64,000 bases of DNA from NCBI RefSeq assembly GCF_009914755.1, contig NC_060933.1, one strand, 5' to 3'. Positions 1 to 15,429 of this stretch are shown in pieces. The position numbers were made by a program, and so were the translations under genes. This DNA comes from the human T2T-CHM13v2.0 reference genome, Homo sapiens. Numbering within the stretch: position 1 is the first letter of the stretch; the number at the start of each line of letters is the position of its first letter. A model generated the notes under the pieces. That model saw only the letters and a program-made list of their open reading frames with translations, was not told the DNA's origin and made no database searches.

Positions 1-485
<485 letters not shown>

Positions 486-969
486 TGAATGTCGTATTAT
501 ATGTAGCATACCATATTTAAGCAGGGTCAAATTTTTGGTCTGACTTTTCAAATTAATGTGAATAAGTCACTTTGAAATTTTGGAGACAAAACCTTATTTA
601 AGTTGAGAAATAGACAAACATTCATCCACTAAGAATTATTCTTTTTATTATTTTTAGTGTGTTTGAGTTGGTTCTTGCAAAGAAAATATAAACAAATCCC
701 AAATATGAAAAAGTTTCTAAGTTTATATTAAGTGTATCCCATGAGTGACACAGGAAAATCCCTTTTAAGAGAAATGGTATTGCAAAAGACACAGCAAATC
801 TTTTTCTCTTTTAAATAAAAATATGCATTCTGTGTCTAAGCATTTTCCAAACCTTTCTCCTTTGTGTGGCTTTTACTAAACCTTCAATCCTATAACAGTC
901 ATTGACTTCTTCCTACTTTCTTTTCCTCTCTTTCCTTCTCTCCCTTCACTCCCTTTCTTTTTCCCAGTG

Positions 970-1180
970 TTTACTGTGGGCTAGGCACTGTGTTAAACAC
1001 TTTACCTGCATTTCTCTCTTTAACACTCAAAATGACACCATGAGATAGGTACCATTTTTTGTCCCATTGTGCAGATGAAGAAATCAACACTTTGAGAAGG
1101 TAAAGACTTTATAAGGTCACAAATTCTGGAAGAGCAGAGTCAGAATTCAATTCCAGGTTTGTCATATTTCAGAGCCCACA
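970..1180 (-). mobile_element. MIR SINE
   Basis: MIR core motifs (cccattgtgcagatgaagaaa...aaggtcac). Confidence 0.7.
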
Positions 1181-1694
1181 GTTTATTGCTTTCTGTGTAA
1201 TGAGTAAATATTTCTTTTAGAATCAAAAAATATTTTAATTAAAATGTAATGACAGGAAAATAGTTTTGATCCTGGGAGCAAGAATTAGTCAAGAATGGAC
1301 CTGATCTAAGACCACTGTAGTTTTTTGGACAGGCTATGAGCCAGTGGACTGGCACAGATGAATACAAATAACACATAGCTAATACTAATTGAGAATCTAA
1401 AAGGTGTATTCTGTGGCCTTTATAAGCATGAACTTATCCAATGAGTTCCATGAACTCATGATATAGATACTATACACTTGTTCTTATTTTAAAGACTAGG
1501 AATCTGAGGCACAGGGAGATAAAGTAACCTATGGAAGGTCCTGCTCAGAATCAGTGGAAGAATGAGGATTCTGCCTTCATTCCTAGCATTCTTCATGTGG
1601 TTAGCATAGTCCCCTAACCACAGTGCCAGGGCACCTCTTGCCTGTGATCCCTAAGTGCTCTTCTGCAGGTTTCTTTCTTTCCTTTTTTTCTATT

Positions 1695-1985
<291 letters not shown>

Positions 1986-2111
1986 TCTTTTGCATGTTTC
2001 TTGGGGAATGCAGAGCCAGTTAACTTTACAACTAGCCATTCACTTGGAATTCACATCCACAGCATAGAAAAGACCATAGCGTATGCTTTCCCTATGGAGA
2101 GAATCCAATAA

Positions 2112-2430
<319 letters not shown>

Positions 2431-2708
2431 GCCATATATTCTTTGTATAAGTGACAGGTCTGAAAATAGCTGTGTTTATGATTACGGAGTTAAAGGGAAA
2501 AGAATGCCATAGCTAATGGGAGAGAAAAATGAAAGGTCAATTGAATTCGCCCATGGTAAATGTTAGAAATTTAAGGGTCAATGTGATCCTTTCATATGAA
2601 ATACTAAGTTCTTGGAATCAACTTACGGGAAAATCTAGTATGTTTAGTGTTTTACAAGTGCTTTTTTTTCTGCCTAAAATTTAAGAAATACTTTACCCAA
2701 TGTACTAA

Positions 2709-2998
2709 ATATATATGTGTGCATGTGTGTGTGTGTGTATATATATAAAAAATATATATAATATAATATATAATTATATTATATACACACATATATAATA
2801 TATAATATACATATTGTACATATGTATAATACATATTACATACATATGTATTATATGTATAATACATATTATATATATTATATGTATAATACATATTATA
2901 TACATATATTATATGTATAATACATATACGTATATAATATGTATAATACATATTATATACGTATATTATGCGTATAATACAGATATATGTATATATAT
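2709..2998. repeat. Degenerate (TA)n/(TG)n low-complexity repeat
   Basis: Recurring tatgtataatacatat motifs. Confidence 0.9.
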
Positions 2999-3450
2999 GA
3001 TATGTTGTGTGTTATATATAACATATATATGATATGTTGTGTGTTATATATAACATATATAGGATATGTTGTGTGTTATATATAACATATATAGGATATG
3101 TTGTGTTATATATAACATATATAGGATATGTTGTGTGTTATATATAACATATATAGGATATGTTGTGTGTTATATATAACATATATAGGATATGTTGTGT
3201 GTTATATATAACATATATAGGATATGTTGTGTGTTATATATAACATATATAGGATATGTTGTGTGTTATATATAACATATATAGGATATGTTGTATGTTA
3301 TATGTAACATATATAGGATATGTTGTGTGTTATATGTAACATATATATGATATGTTGTGTGTTATATATAATATATATGATATGTTGTGTGTTATATATA
3401 ACATATATGATATGTTGTGTGTTATATATAACATATATATGATATATATA
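2999..3450. repeat. 32-bp AT-rich minisatellite, ~14 copies
   Basis: Unit gatatgttgtgtgttatatataacatatatag repeated head-to-tail with few variants. Confidence 0.95.
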
Positions 3451-3469
3451 TTGTTTTGGTGAGTTGGTA

Positions 3470-3762
3470 CTTTTTTTTGTTATTGTTGAGATGGAGTCTT
3501 GCTCTGTCGCCCAGGCTCAAGTGCAGTGGCGTGATCTCAGCTCACTGCAAGCTCCACCTCCCGGGTTCATGCCATTCTCCTGCCTGAGCCTCCCGAGAGT
3601 ACAGGCACCCACCACCACGCCCGGCTAGTTTTTTTGGTATTTTTAGTAGATACTGGGTTTCACCGTGTTAGCTAGGATGGTCTCAATCTCCTGACCTCGT
3701 GATCCACCCGCCTTGGCCTCCCAAAGTGCTGGGATTACAGGCGTGAGCCACTGCACCAGGCC
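3470..3762 (-). mobile_element. AluY-like
   Basis: Diagnostic gcaagctcc...gccattctcc and ctcgtgatcc. Confidence 0.9.
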
Positions 3763-3949
3763 CTGTGCTTTGTTTTTTTAAAAGAAACTTCCTAGAAACC
3801 CTGATCAAGTGGGAGTTTTTTTGAACCCGTTAATAAGAACACTTTATTGTAATGAAAATAAGAAGTATTTGGGCATGCATCTGATAATTATGTGTTGAAT
3901 GCCTTCTGAGGGCAATGCTTTGTGCCATGTGTCATGTGCCTGGTGCAGC

Positions 3950-4560
3950 TTCCACTTCCAATTATGTCTGGAATCTGATTTCACCATTGATGTCACCACT
4001 CCACCATTACCATTCTGCTTTCAGCCATTATCATCTCTTGCCCAGATTATTACAATAGCTTCTAAGTGCTCTCCCGGCCACTCCTTTCCCTTTCTGTAAC
4101 ACAGACTCCACCCAGAAACAGCCACAGTGATGTTATAAAAATCTAAACCAAATCAAGTCATTTTTCTGCTTGAAATAATGCAGTGGCTTCTCATCTTATT
4201 CAGGAAAATAGGTAATCCAAAGTGCTTATCAAGGTTTGCAAGGACCTTAGGATCTGGCTCACTGCCAGTCTTCTCTCACCCCTCCTTTCTCAGCTCTGAA
4301 GTCCTCCTGGCTGCTCCAAACATGATTGCTCAGTGTCCCCACACCTGCTGTTCCCTATGCTCGAATGCTTTTCCCCTTGATGTCTCCCTGGCTCACTTCC
4401 TTCCATTCTCCAGGTCTCTGCTCAAATATCACCTCAGTAAAGAGTCTGTTCTTGACCATTACATAAAATAGTACTCACCTCCTACTGCCATCAATATCTA
4501 TCCCTTTACCCTGTTTTATTTTTCTTTATAACAATTACCGCCTCCTGACACAAAATACAT
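3950..4560 (+). mobile_element. L2 fragment
   Basis: L2 3' region-like motifs (cagtggcttctcat, ctcaaatatcacctc). Confidence 0.6.
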
Positions 4561-4620
4561 TTCATGTATCTGCATGAGTGAATTCAATTGGCCTTTTATT
4601 TTCTTTCCTGTTATCTATGA

Positions 4621-5032
<412 letters not shown>

Positions 5033-5039
5033 TTCAACA

Positions 5040-6170
5040 ACAAATATTTAATGAGCACCTACTCTATGCCAAGCTCTAGGCATCTAGAAATTAACAAAAG
5101 AGACCAGGTCTTGTACTTATGTAGATTACACTTCAGTAGGGTGAGATAGACAAGAAACAAGCAAGTAAATACTATCATATGAAAGATGGTGATTAATGCT
5201 CTGGAGAAAAATCAGAATGCTGTAGAATATGGGATGATTTGGTTAGGGCTAAAAGGATGACCTGTCTTTAACAAGGTAGGCAAGACTATAGGAGGAGCAG
5301 GTTTTGAGAGGAAATTAAGAATTTGCAATATACTTGTTAATTTAAAAATGCCTTCTAGGCATCCCGTGGAGAGGTTAAGTATGAGTCTGGAGTTCCATGG
5401 AGAAAATAAGCTGACATATAAATTTGGGATTCACCTGTGCACAGCCATTGACTGGATGAGATCACAGAGAGAATGGCCTGAGGGATAGAAGGGATCAAGC
5501 CCAAGTCATTGCTCATCCCAAATTAAAGATTTGTAAAATGAGAACGAACCTTAAAAGAGGACTAAGAAAGAATGGTCAGTGAGACTGGGCACAGTCGCTC
5601 ATGCCTATAATCCTAGCACTTTGGAAGGCCCTCAAGGTGGCAGGATCGCTTGAGCCCAGGTGTTTGAGACTGGCCTGGGCAGCATAGCAAGACCTCCCTC
5701 TCTACAAAGAACAAAAAAATTAGCCAGGTGAGGCAGCACACACCTGTCATCCAAGGCTGAGGTGGGAGGATTGCTTGAGCCCGGCAGGTCAAGGCTGCAG
5801 TAAGCTGTCATTATACCATTGCACTCCAGCCTGGGTGACAGAGTGACCCTGTCTCAAAAACAAACAAACAAACAAACAAACAAACAAAAAACAAAAAGGT
5901 CAGAGAGCACTGAGGAGAATCAAGAAACAGTTGTGAAAGCCAAATGAAGAAAGCAGTTTAAATGTGACTGACTGACTGATGGCCTGTGTTAAATCCTGGT
6001 GAAAGATCAGGTCGGGTGAGTTTGGAGAAATGACCACTGGGTTTGGCAACCTCAAGGTCACTGATGACTTTGACAAGTGCTGTCTTGGTGAAAAAAACAT
6101 CTCTTTTAAGAACTTTTGCTTTGAGGGGAAACAGGGAATTGAGGTGGTAGGATCAAGAGAATTTCTCTTA
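5040..6170 (-). mobile_element. L2 fragments interrupted by an Alu
   Basis: caaatatttaatgagcacctactctatgcca is the L2 3' end; purine-rich L2 body. Confidence 0.6.
5585..5897 (+). mobile_element. AluJ-like with (CAAA)n tail
   Basis: Diverged Alu consensus. Confidence 0.9.
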
Positions 6171-6184
6171 AAAAAATTATTGTA

Positions 6185-6481
<297 letters not shown>

Positions 6482-6509
6482 TATTGTCCTAGAAAACACT
6501 AATAACGTT

Positions 6510-6790
6510 GGCCTGGTGTGGTAAACCAGCAATTTGAGAAGCCAAGGCGGGGAATTGCTTGAGCCCAGGAGTTCAAGACCAGCCTGTGCAACATGGGGAA
6601 AGCTTGTCTCTACAAAAGATACAAAAATTAGCCAGGCATGCTGGCACATGCCTATAGACCCAGCTACGCAGGAGGCTGAGGTGGGAGGATCACTCGAGCC
6701 CAGGAAGTTGAGGCTGCAGTGAGCCATGATCATGCTACTGCACTCCAGCCATAGTGACAGAGTGAGACCCTCTCTCAATAAATAAATAAT
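6510..6790 (+). mobile_element. AluJ-like
   Basis: Diverged Alu consensus. Confidence 0.9.
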
Positions 6791-7223
6791 TTTAAAAAGA
6801 AAATTCATAATATACAATCTATCCTCTTAAAGTGTTCATTTAGTACAGTATTATTAACTGTGAGCACAAGAAAAATTTTTTTTGATAGAAGAAATCACAG
6901 CATATTTGATAAAGTGAAAGAAAATTCATGTTTTGGGAAGGATAAAATTGCTGGAACAATGTCCTAGAGGAGATAAGAAGGGAGGGATGGCGAGGCTGAG
7001 CGATTTTCCTAAGGTCACATAGCCAGTAAGTGACAGGTCAGGATTCCAATCCAGGTCTTCTGGCTCTCTGTTTTTTACTGACATTTTGCTATACCGTAAA
7101 ATGAGAAAAATGGCTTGGGCAACATGTAACTTTCCTCCTAGTTCTAACTTTCATGTCTCTAACATTTTGATATGCCTTCACCCATCCCAAGCATGTAAAG
7201 AAAATTCCGAAGTCAAACATAGT

Positions 7224-7244
7224 AGCAGCAGCAGCAGCAGCAGC
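7224..7244. repeat. (AGC)7 trinucleotide repeat
   Basis: Read directly. Confidence 0.9.
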
Positions 7245-7475
7245 ACCTATCTGAACCCACAGTTCTCGTCTAGGTGCTCACCTATCTCATCTCAACCACT
7301 CTATGAATTGCTTAGCAGTCAGCACTTGGACTCATCAACGCCTGAGCCCTCTGTGGGAATCACAAACTGTTTCTGATACCTGGCAGCTTTACTCATTTAT
7401 GTTATCTGTCTGGCTTCCTAAGGTATTTGAGTTTGCAATGCTTGCTCCTAAAATTAACTAGGCAGTGGTCTAACA

Positions 7476-7608
7476 AGAAAAGGAAGGAAGGGAGGGAGGG
7501 AAGGAAGGAATGAAGGAAGGAGAGAAGGAAGGAAGACAGGAGAATACAAAGAAAGGAAGTACAAATGAAGGAAGGAAGGAGAGGAGAAGAGAGGAGAGGG
7601 AGAGGGAG
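7476..7608. repeat. (GGAA)n/GA-rich polypurine tract
   Basis: Read directly. Confidence 0.9.
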
Positions 7609-9329
7609 CTATAAAGAAGGTATTTACTTAATGAGTTGGAAAATCTTCAAAAACAATATGGGTATAGGTACTTTAGTTGATTGTATTATAAGCTATTGTG
7701 GTTTCTAAAGTGATTTTATGTTGGCCATGGTCCCAATCCAACAGAGGCTTTTAATATGCTATAGAAGCTATTATTATTCTCCGTATTTAAATGATCTTAA
7801 CACCTTATAATCGTAATAGTTACTTAGAGAAGTAATTAATTTATTCTGTGTATATAAACATAATATGCCTTCATAATATTGTCCCATCATCTTCAGTGAA
7901 GTTTACGTTAATGCTAGGAAAGCCATTTAATATGTTCAGTATACTAGAAGGAAAAAGCCCATTTCTCAGTGGATAGTTCTCAATACTAAAACATTTGACA
8001 AGCAAATCAAGACTACCGCAAAGACTATCTCTGAGAGAATCAGAATTCTTAAAACTTAAAATCTCAAGATTTGGTCTTTTTCCCCCTAATATGACTGGAA
8101 AATCTTATGGTTCTTCCCTTAAATTAACAGCCTGTGCTTAAAAGTTCTGAGGGAAACACTTGCAAATTACTAGGAAAATGTTACAGTCGTATTTTTTTTA
8201 ACAAAAACTAAGAAATAATTTCCTGTTTTATCCAAAATTGAAAAGAAGTTAAGCACCACTGGAAAAGAAAAATACATTTGCATCTAAAACACAGGTCCCT
8301 AATGAGAAGAAATTCGCTTGGTTGACTCAGTAAGAGCTGTCTTCTGGGACTCCACACTATTGGCACTGTTTTCCAGCATTCTATCTGTGAACAAGCTGTG
8401 TACATTCCAAGTATATTAGGCATATTTTATGTTTTCAGTGCCATGCTTAAAGAGTACCTTGTTGTATGCTGTCTCTCTATTACAGCATGAACTCTGGAGT
8501 GTTTACTAGATTTTTTAAATGCTTCAGTTGCTAAATGAGATAAAAGTCTCAGCCAAGAACCAAAGAACTTGGACCTCATAGGACTTTGCTCCTGTTTATT
8601 ATCAAAGTGATACATGGCTACATTCATGTCATTATTCCACAAGATTTGAGGCCTCTGGAATCAAGGTGCCATCTTGCTTTCTTCACCAGGGGACTCTGTC
8701 CTCTGGGCTCTTTCTCATTTCCCAACTCTGTGTTTCTCCTACATAGATACCCACTTTTCACTCTTTCCAACACAGGTCTTCCCATGCTGCTTTTTTGTTG
8801 TTGAAGATTTTAGTTTTGAATAGTGTTTTTTTTTTTTATTAGTATACTGGTGCCATTTACATGTATATTACAATGGGCAATTTGGGTGGTACAATGTTAT
8901 GTCAATGTCGAGAAGGCACAGCCCAGCTACAGTCTGGAACACAGTGTAAACAATTCCATGGGGAAATGTTGCTTGGGTTTTGGAATGTTTCTTATGGGTG
9001 TTTTAAAATGTCTTTTAAAGAGGCTCAAGCAGCTGCGGTGAATATAATCAGGTCACCATTTCCTTATGTTTAAGGGTTTGGCGGAGGAGAGGCCAAGTGC
9101 GAGGATGCAGGGAAAGGAAATAAATGTGGAACAGGCAGGAAAGAAACTTACTTGGGCACAGGAAGCCAGAGACCCTGGAGAGGAAATAAAGGAAAAGCAG
9201 GAACCACAAACTAGGCTAAGAACCACAGTAAACACAGTCTGAGAGCCAAGTGTTCTCTTATGACACCATCCCTGTTTCTGTGTTTGGTTCTCTGTCCTTT
9301 CTTCAAGTAAGGGCGACTGTGTCCACCTC

Positions 9330-9481
9330 CGGTGGTTCCCAAATCAGGCTGTCACAGAATCAGATGGAAAGCTTAAGCAAACACAGATTCCTGTGCTCTG
9401 GATCACCTAGAGAAAGGAACCTGGAAATTTTCTTTTCTTGTTTTCCAGCTACTCCCAATGTAAGCCAACTTGGAAACAACT
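9330..9481. mobile_element. MER5-like hAT-Charlie relic
   Basis: gtggttcccaaa...ttggaaacaact termini. Confidence 0.5.
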
Positions 9482-9668
9482 AATTTATAACATCTTAAAA
9501 GCTGACCACCTTATCTTAGGGAGAGGTCAACCCCTTGGAGAAGAGATGGTTTAGAAGGGTGTTTTTAATTGTATAAAACACAACTATAAGTCAATGCAAA
9601 CAAGACCATAGACTAACATATGCCAGTCTTGGATGTGCATTCCGAAAGTTGATGGTTAAAATAGTCTA

Positions 9669-9949
<281 letters not shown>

Positions 9950-10304
9950 TCATGCCTGCTACAGAAAAGCCAATGATGCTTAATCCAGAGATGACCTTTT
10001 TGCCATTAAGTAAGAACCAGAGATCAGTGAGAAATGTCTTACTTTGGAAATCCGTAAACATACAAATCATCCATATGGATGGTGTAAAACCACTAGTTGA
10101 GCTAGAGTAAGCAAATGATCTTTGTGGATTCTAGGAATTAATTGACTAAATATCCCATGTCCTCCTGCTTACACTCCTACCAACATAGTATTGGAGGTTG
10201 TCTGATGCTCACCCCACTATTTTTATGGATTTTTATCTTGAGGCACAATGGGTTGGGGTTAGTTCTCCTAGACTCTTGTTGTTCTGATTTCCTATTTCTT
10301 CTGA

Positions 10305-10640
10305 ATTATTTTTTTAAAATTCTTTTTTAATTTTTGTGGGTACATAGTAGGTGGCATGTAATGTATAAATAATTACATCAGAGTAAATTGGGCATCCATC
10401 ACCTCCCCAGTATTTTTCTTTTGTGTTACAAACAACCCAATTATAGATTTAGTTATTTTTAAATGTACAATTAAATTATTTTTGACTGTGGTCACCCTGT
10501 TGTCCTAGCAAATACTAGGTCTTATTCATTCTTTCTATTTTTTGGTATCCATTAATCATCCCTACTCCTCTGCCTCCCTGCTACCTTTCCCAGCCTCTGA
10601 TAACCACCCTTCTACCCTCTATCTTCGTGAGTTCATCCTC
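10305..10640 (-). mobile_element. L1 (L1MA/PB-type) 3' end
   Basis: tttttgtgggtacatagtaggtg...catccatcacctc antisense L1 3'UTR. Confidence 0.75.
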
Positions 10641-11239
10641 TGAATTCTTACTTGTTACATCCATTTTGCCTCCTATGCCTGGTCTTCACCCCACACCAAC
10701 TCACACATAAACCCCTTCCTTCCCTTTGGTGTCCCAGTTTTCAAATGCTGTTATCAGAAGTATAGGGGGTTACAAGAAGTGTTTACATCACAACATAACA
10801 CTCAAACAACTTTAAAAGTGTATATTAAATATTTTCTTTTGGCCCTCTCTGTGATCTGGAATTTCTTGTTTACTGACTCCTCCCCACCACTCTGGTCTTT
10901 CATCCAATTTGAGAGATTTTGTAAACTTCTGAATTCCAAAAATGAATTGCAGGTGCAAGTGTATAAACATTTTCTATCTCTAGAGTTATCACCAAATTAT
11001 CTTTCAGATTTACCAATTTATTATCAATCTGTATGCCCATCAATAAAGTATAATCACTTGATTTTCATCATTCCCTTGCCAAAAATACATATTTGTATTT
11101 TATATATTTACTCATATTGTAGGCAAAAAAAAATTAGTCCAATATTTTACTTGCACTTTTTTAATTATGAAGAGTTTGAGTATCTCTTCACAAGTTCAAG
11201 GGTCATTTTTACTTATTTATCTGTAAACTACGTTTTTTT

Positions 11240-11628
<389 letters not shown>

Positions 11629-11849
11629 TAGTAACTCATTGTCATATATGTTGCAAATATTTCCCCCAGTTTGTTTCTTCTCTGAAATTTTCAGTGGTGC
11701 ATCTGATCCCATGAGGATCCCCCTGGGCTTGGGATTACTGCTAGCTTTTCAGTGAGGTCACCCACTGTTTGGTGGGAAAGCCCCAGGGACATAGAGCTAT
11801 TTGTTTAGTGTGAGCGAGTCTTTTTGTTTCTGTTGTTGTTTGCTTTTCC

Positions 11850-12206
<357 letters not shown>

Positions 12207-12973
12207 TAAATTTTCAGCCAACTTTTATTTTCTGTAGGACATATTTAGCACTTGTGAATTACTCCCAGCTGATACTTTTTGGTCTTTCGCCTTGCTAGGA
12301 GGAGGAAATAGTAAATTCCCTTTTATGATGCACTGTCTTGCCCCCACCTTCTGGTTTTCAGATCAGTTCTCTGAGACACTTCTAAGTCTATTTTTCAGCT
12401 TCTACTGTTCTCTAAGTTTGGGGGCATGTGTCTACTGCTAGACCATTATTATTTGCTGGATTTAGTTCATTTTGCTCAGTTTGGGGAGAGAGGGAGAAGA
12501 GCTTCTCTCAACCTGTATCTAGGCTAACTTCCTCCCCAGAAAGCTGTTCTTTACTTTGTGTGTTTTTCTAGAAAGAACATTCTACTTCTTGGGTCCCCTG
12601 GCTCAGGGGTGTAGTTTAAAGTGGGCCAGCAGCATGGGAGAGGCAAAGTGAGTAAAAATGTACACTTAGGCCACAGTGAAAGAAATCTTCATCTCCTCTC
12701 CCCCTAAAAAAATTTCCATGGAAGATTTTGTGCCCTTGATGGTATAGGGCCTGTGGGAACATGTAACATTTACACGTTCGAGTTATATTTCTCTCACATA
12801 ATTAATAGCCATTTATTTTATTCAAATATGCTCCTAAAATACATCTAGGAGAGTAAATATGCTTCTTTTATTATAAAATATTCTCAGCTCTAATAATCAT
12901 TATTATGTTAACACACATATGATGTGATGAACCACAAGCAGGCAGTGGGTGATAAAGCTAACCTTGCCCATTG

Positions 12974-13450
<477 letters not shown>

Positions 13451-13457
13451 TTCTGGG

Positions 13458-13634
13458 GCAAGATATCTCAACCTCAGCATTACTGACATTTAGGGCTCAA
13501 TAATTCTTTGTTGGTGGGGCGCTGTCCTGTAGATGCCAGTAGCAACCCCCCTAATCGTGACAATAAGAAATGTCTCTAGACATTGCCAAAATGTCCCCTG
13601 GGGAGTTCAATCACCCTCAATTGGGAACCACTGG
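13458..13634. mobile_element. MER20 with internal deletion
   Basis: tctcaacctcagcattactgacattt...aatgtctctagacattgccaaaatgtcccctgggg...gaaccactg. Confidence 0.8.
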
Positions 13635-13971
13635 CCTAGGAGAAAATAAATGAGAAAATGTTAATTAAAAACAGTGTTTACTTTTGCATGCAGCCATTCA
13701 TACTCTTGCATGGATTTCATTGAACAAATTAAACAACTATTTCTGAGCATCTGGTATGTACCAAGCCTTTTATATTAAAAATGTTTAATCATGGCTACCT
13801 CTTTAATAATTTGGAAGGTGGAAGAAAATGTTCTTATAAATTAATATCTATTAAGCATATATTTTTCCTAAATTAATATTCCTAATAGTTTTCTGAAGAA
13901 TATTCTAGAACTTTAAAATTAATATTAACAAAGCATTGACGTTGTTTTAGTAAAGAAGCAATTCAGAATAA

Positions 13972-14294
<323 letters not shown>

Positions 14295-15429
14295 TTGCTT
14301 TACTGTTTCTAATAATGAAACTAATTTTGTTTGTAAATTTTACACTTATTCTAATTTAGGAAAATATGAGAAGGGAGTGATGAAGTACCTGCCATGATAT
14401 TGTTTATAACATCTCACATCTGATGTAATTCTAAAATTCTTCCTTAGAGAGTCTATGGTCCATATAAATAAATAAGTGATATCCAAGCACACTCATTTTA
14501 ATGTGAGTTTTTCACATGATATTAAAATGTTAAAAATAGATCAGTATGTAGGGCATCCAAGCATTTAATTCCTTAAATCGGAGACATGAGGAGAAAAAAA
14601 TGAAAAGGAAGAAAGAAAAGAAGGAAAAGGAAGGAAGGAAGAAAAAGTTGAGTCAAGGCTGAAGCTCTGGCATCTCTAACCACTGGTCAGTAAATTCTAT
14701 TGAAATTCAATAGTATAAGAGACAAACAGGCAAAAAGGATCGTGAAACCATTTCCAAATACCAAGATAAAGGAGGCTATTGACATTCAGGAACCCTGAGA
14801 ACAGCTGATGTCCCATTGTAGACTTCATCCTCTTCCTTGGGTGAAAGTGTGAATAGCGCTCAAGGCAGGGAAGAAGTCTTTTCTCTGAAGGTGCTATTTA
14901 TGGTGCCCTTGGCCTGGATGGGCTTTCTGGGTAGTTCCCAAGGGTATCATTTCTTTGTATTGGAAATCAGGGACCTTTGTGGGTTAGGAAAGTAGAATCA
15001 GGCCATGGCTATTGTCTTTCCCTGCTGTGTTTCACATGTAAAATTGACTCCCAGAAGAGCATCCCAGGGCCTTGTCAAGGAGTGGGGAAAATAGCAGACT
15101 GCCCTAGGGTGGAAACCTAACTGAGAGTGCAAGGGCGACTTGCAAAGCTGGGGAGAGAGAATTACTGGGAAAATCGTGCCTAGGGCAAAGCTGAATTCAA
15201 GAAATCTGACTTTTGTGATCTTCCTCTGCTGAGAATGAATGCGGCCACCTACAGCAGAGTAAGACCACAGCTTGCTTTTGAAAGTGTTGCTCTCTAGGTG
15301 GGGTGTTTGTTTGTGTGTGCCTGTCCTCTCTCAGGATTTCTAGACGGTTCATTTTCAAAGGGTCATTAACATTATTTAAATATTCATGGTGGAGGAGGGG
15401 ATGAGAGACTGAAATTTCAGACATCTCAA

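Noticed and set aside
2999-3450. CRISPR-like appearance (32-bp palindromic repeat)
   Set aside because: Repeats are contiguous with no unique spacers; eukaryotic context; no cas genes.
7224-7244. (CAG)n as a polyQ or expansion locus
   Set aside because: Only 7 units, non-coding, no exon context.
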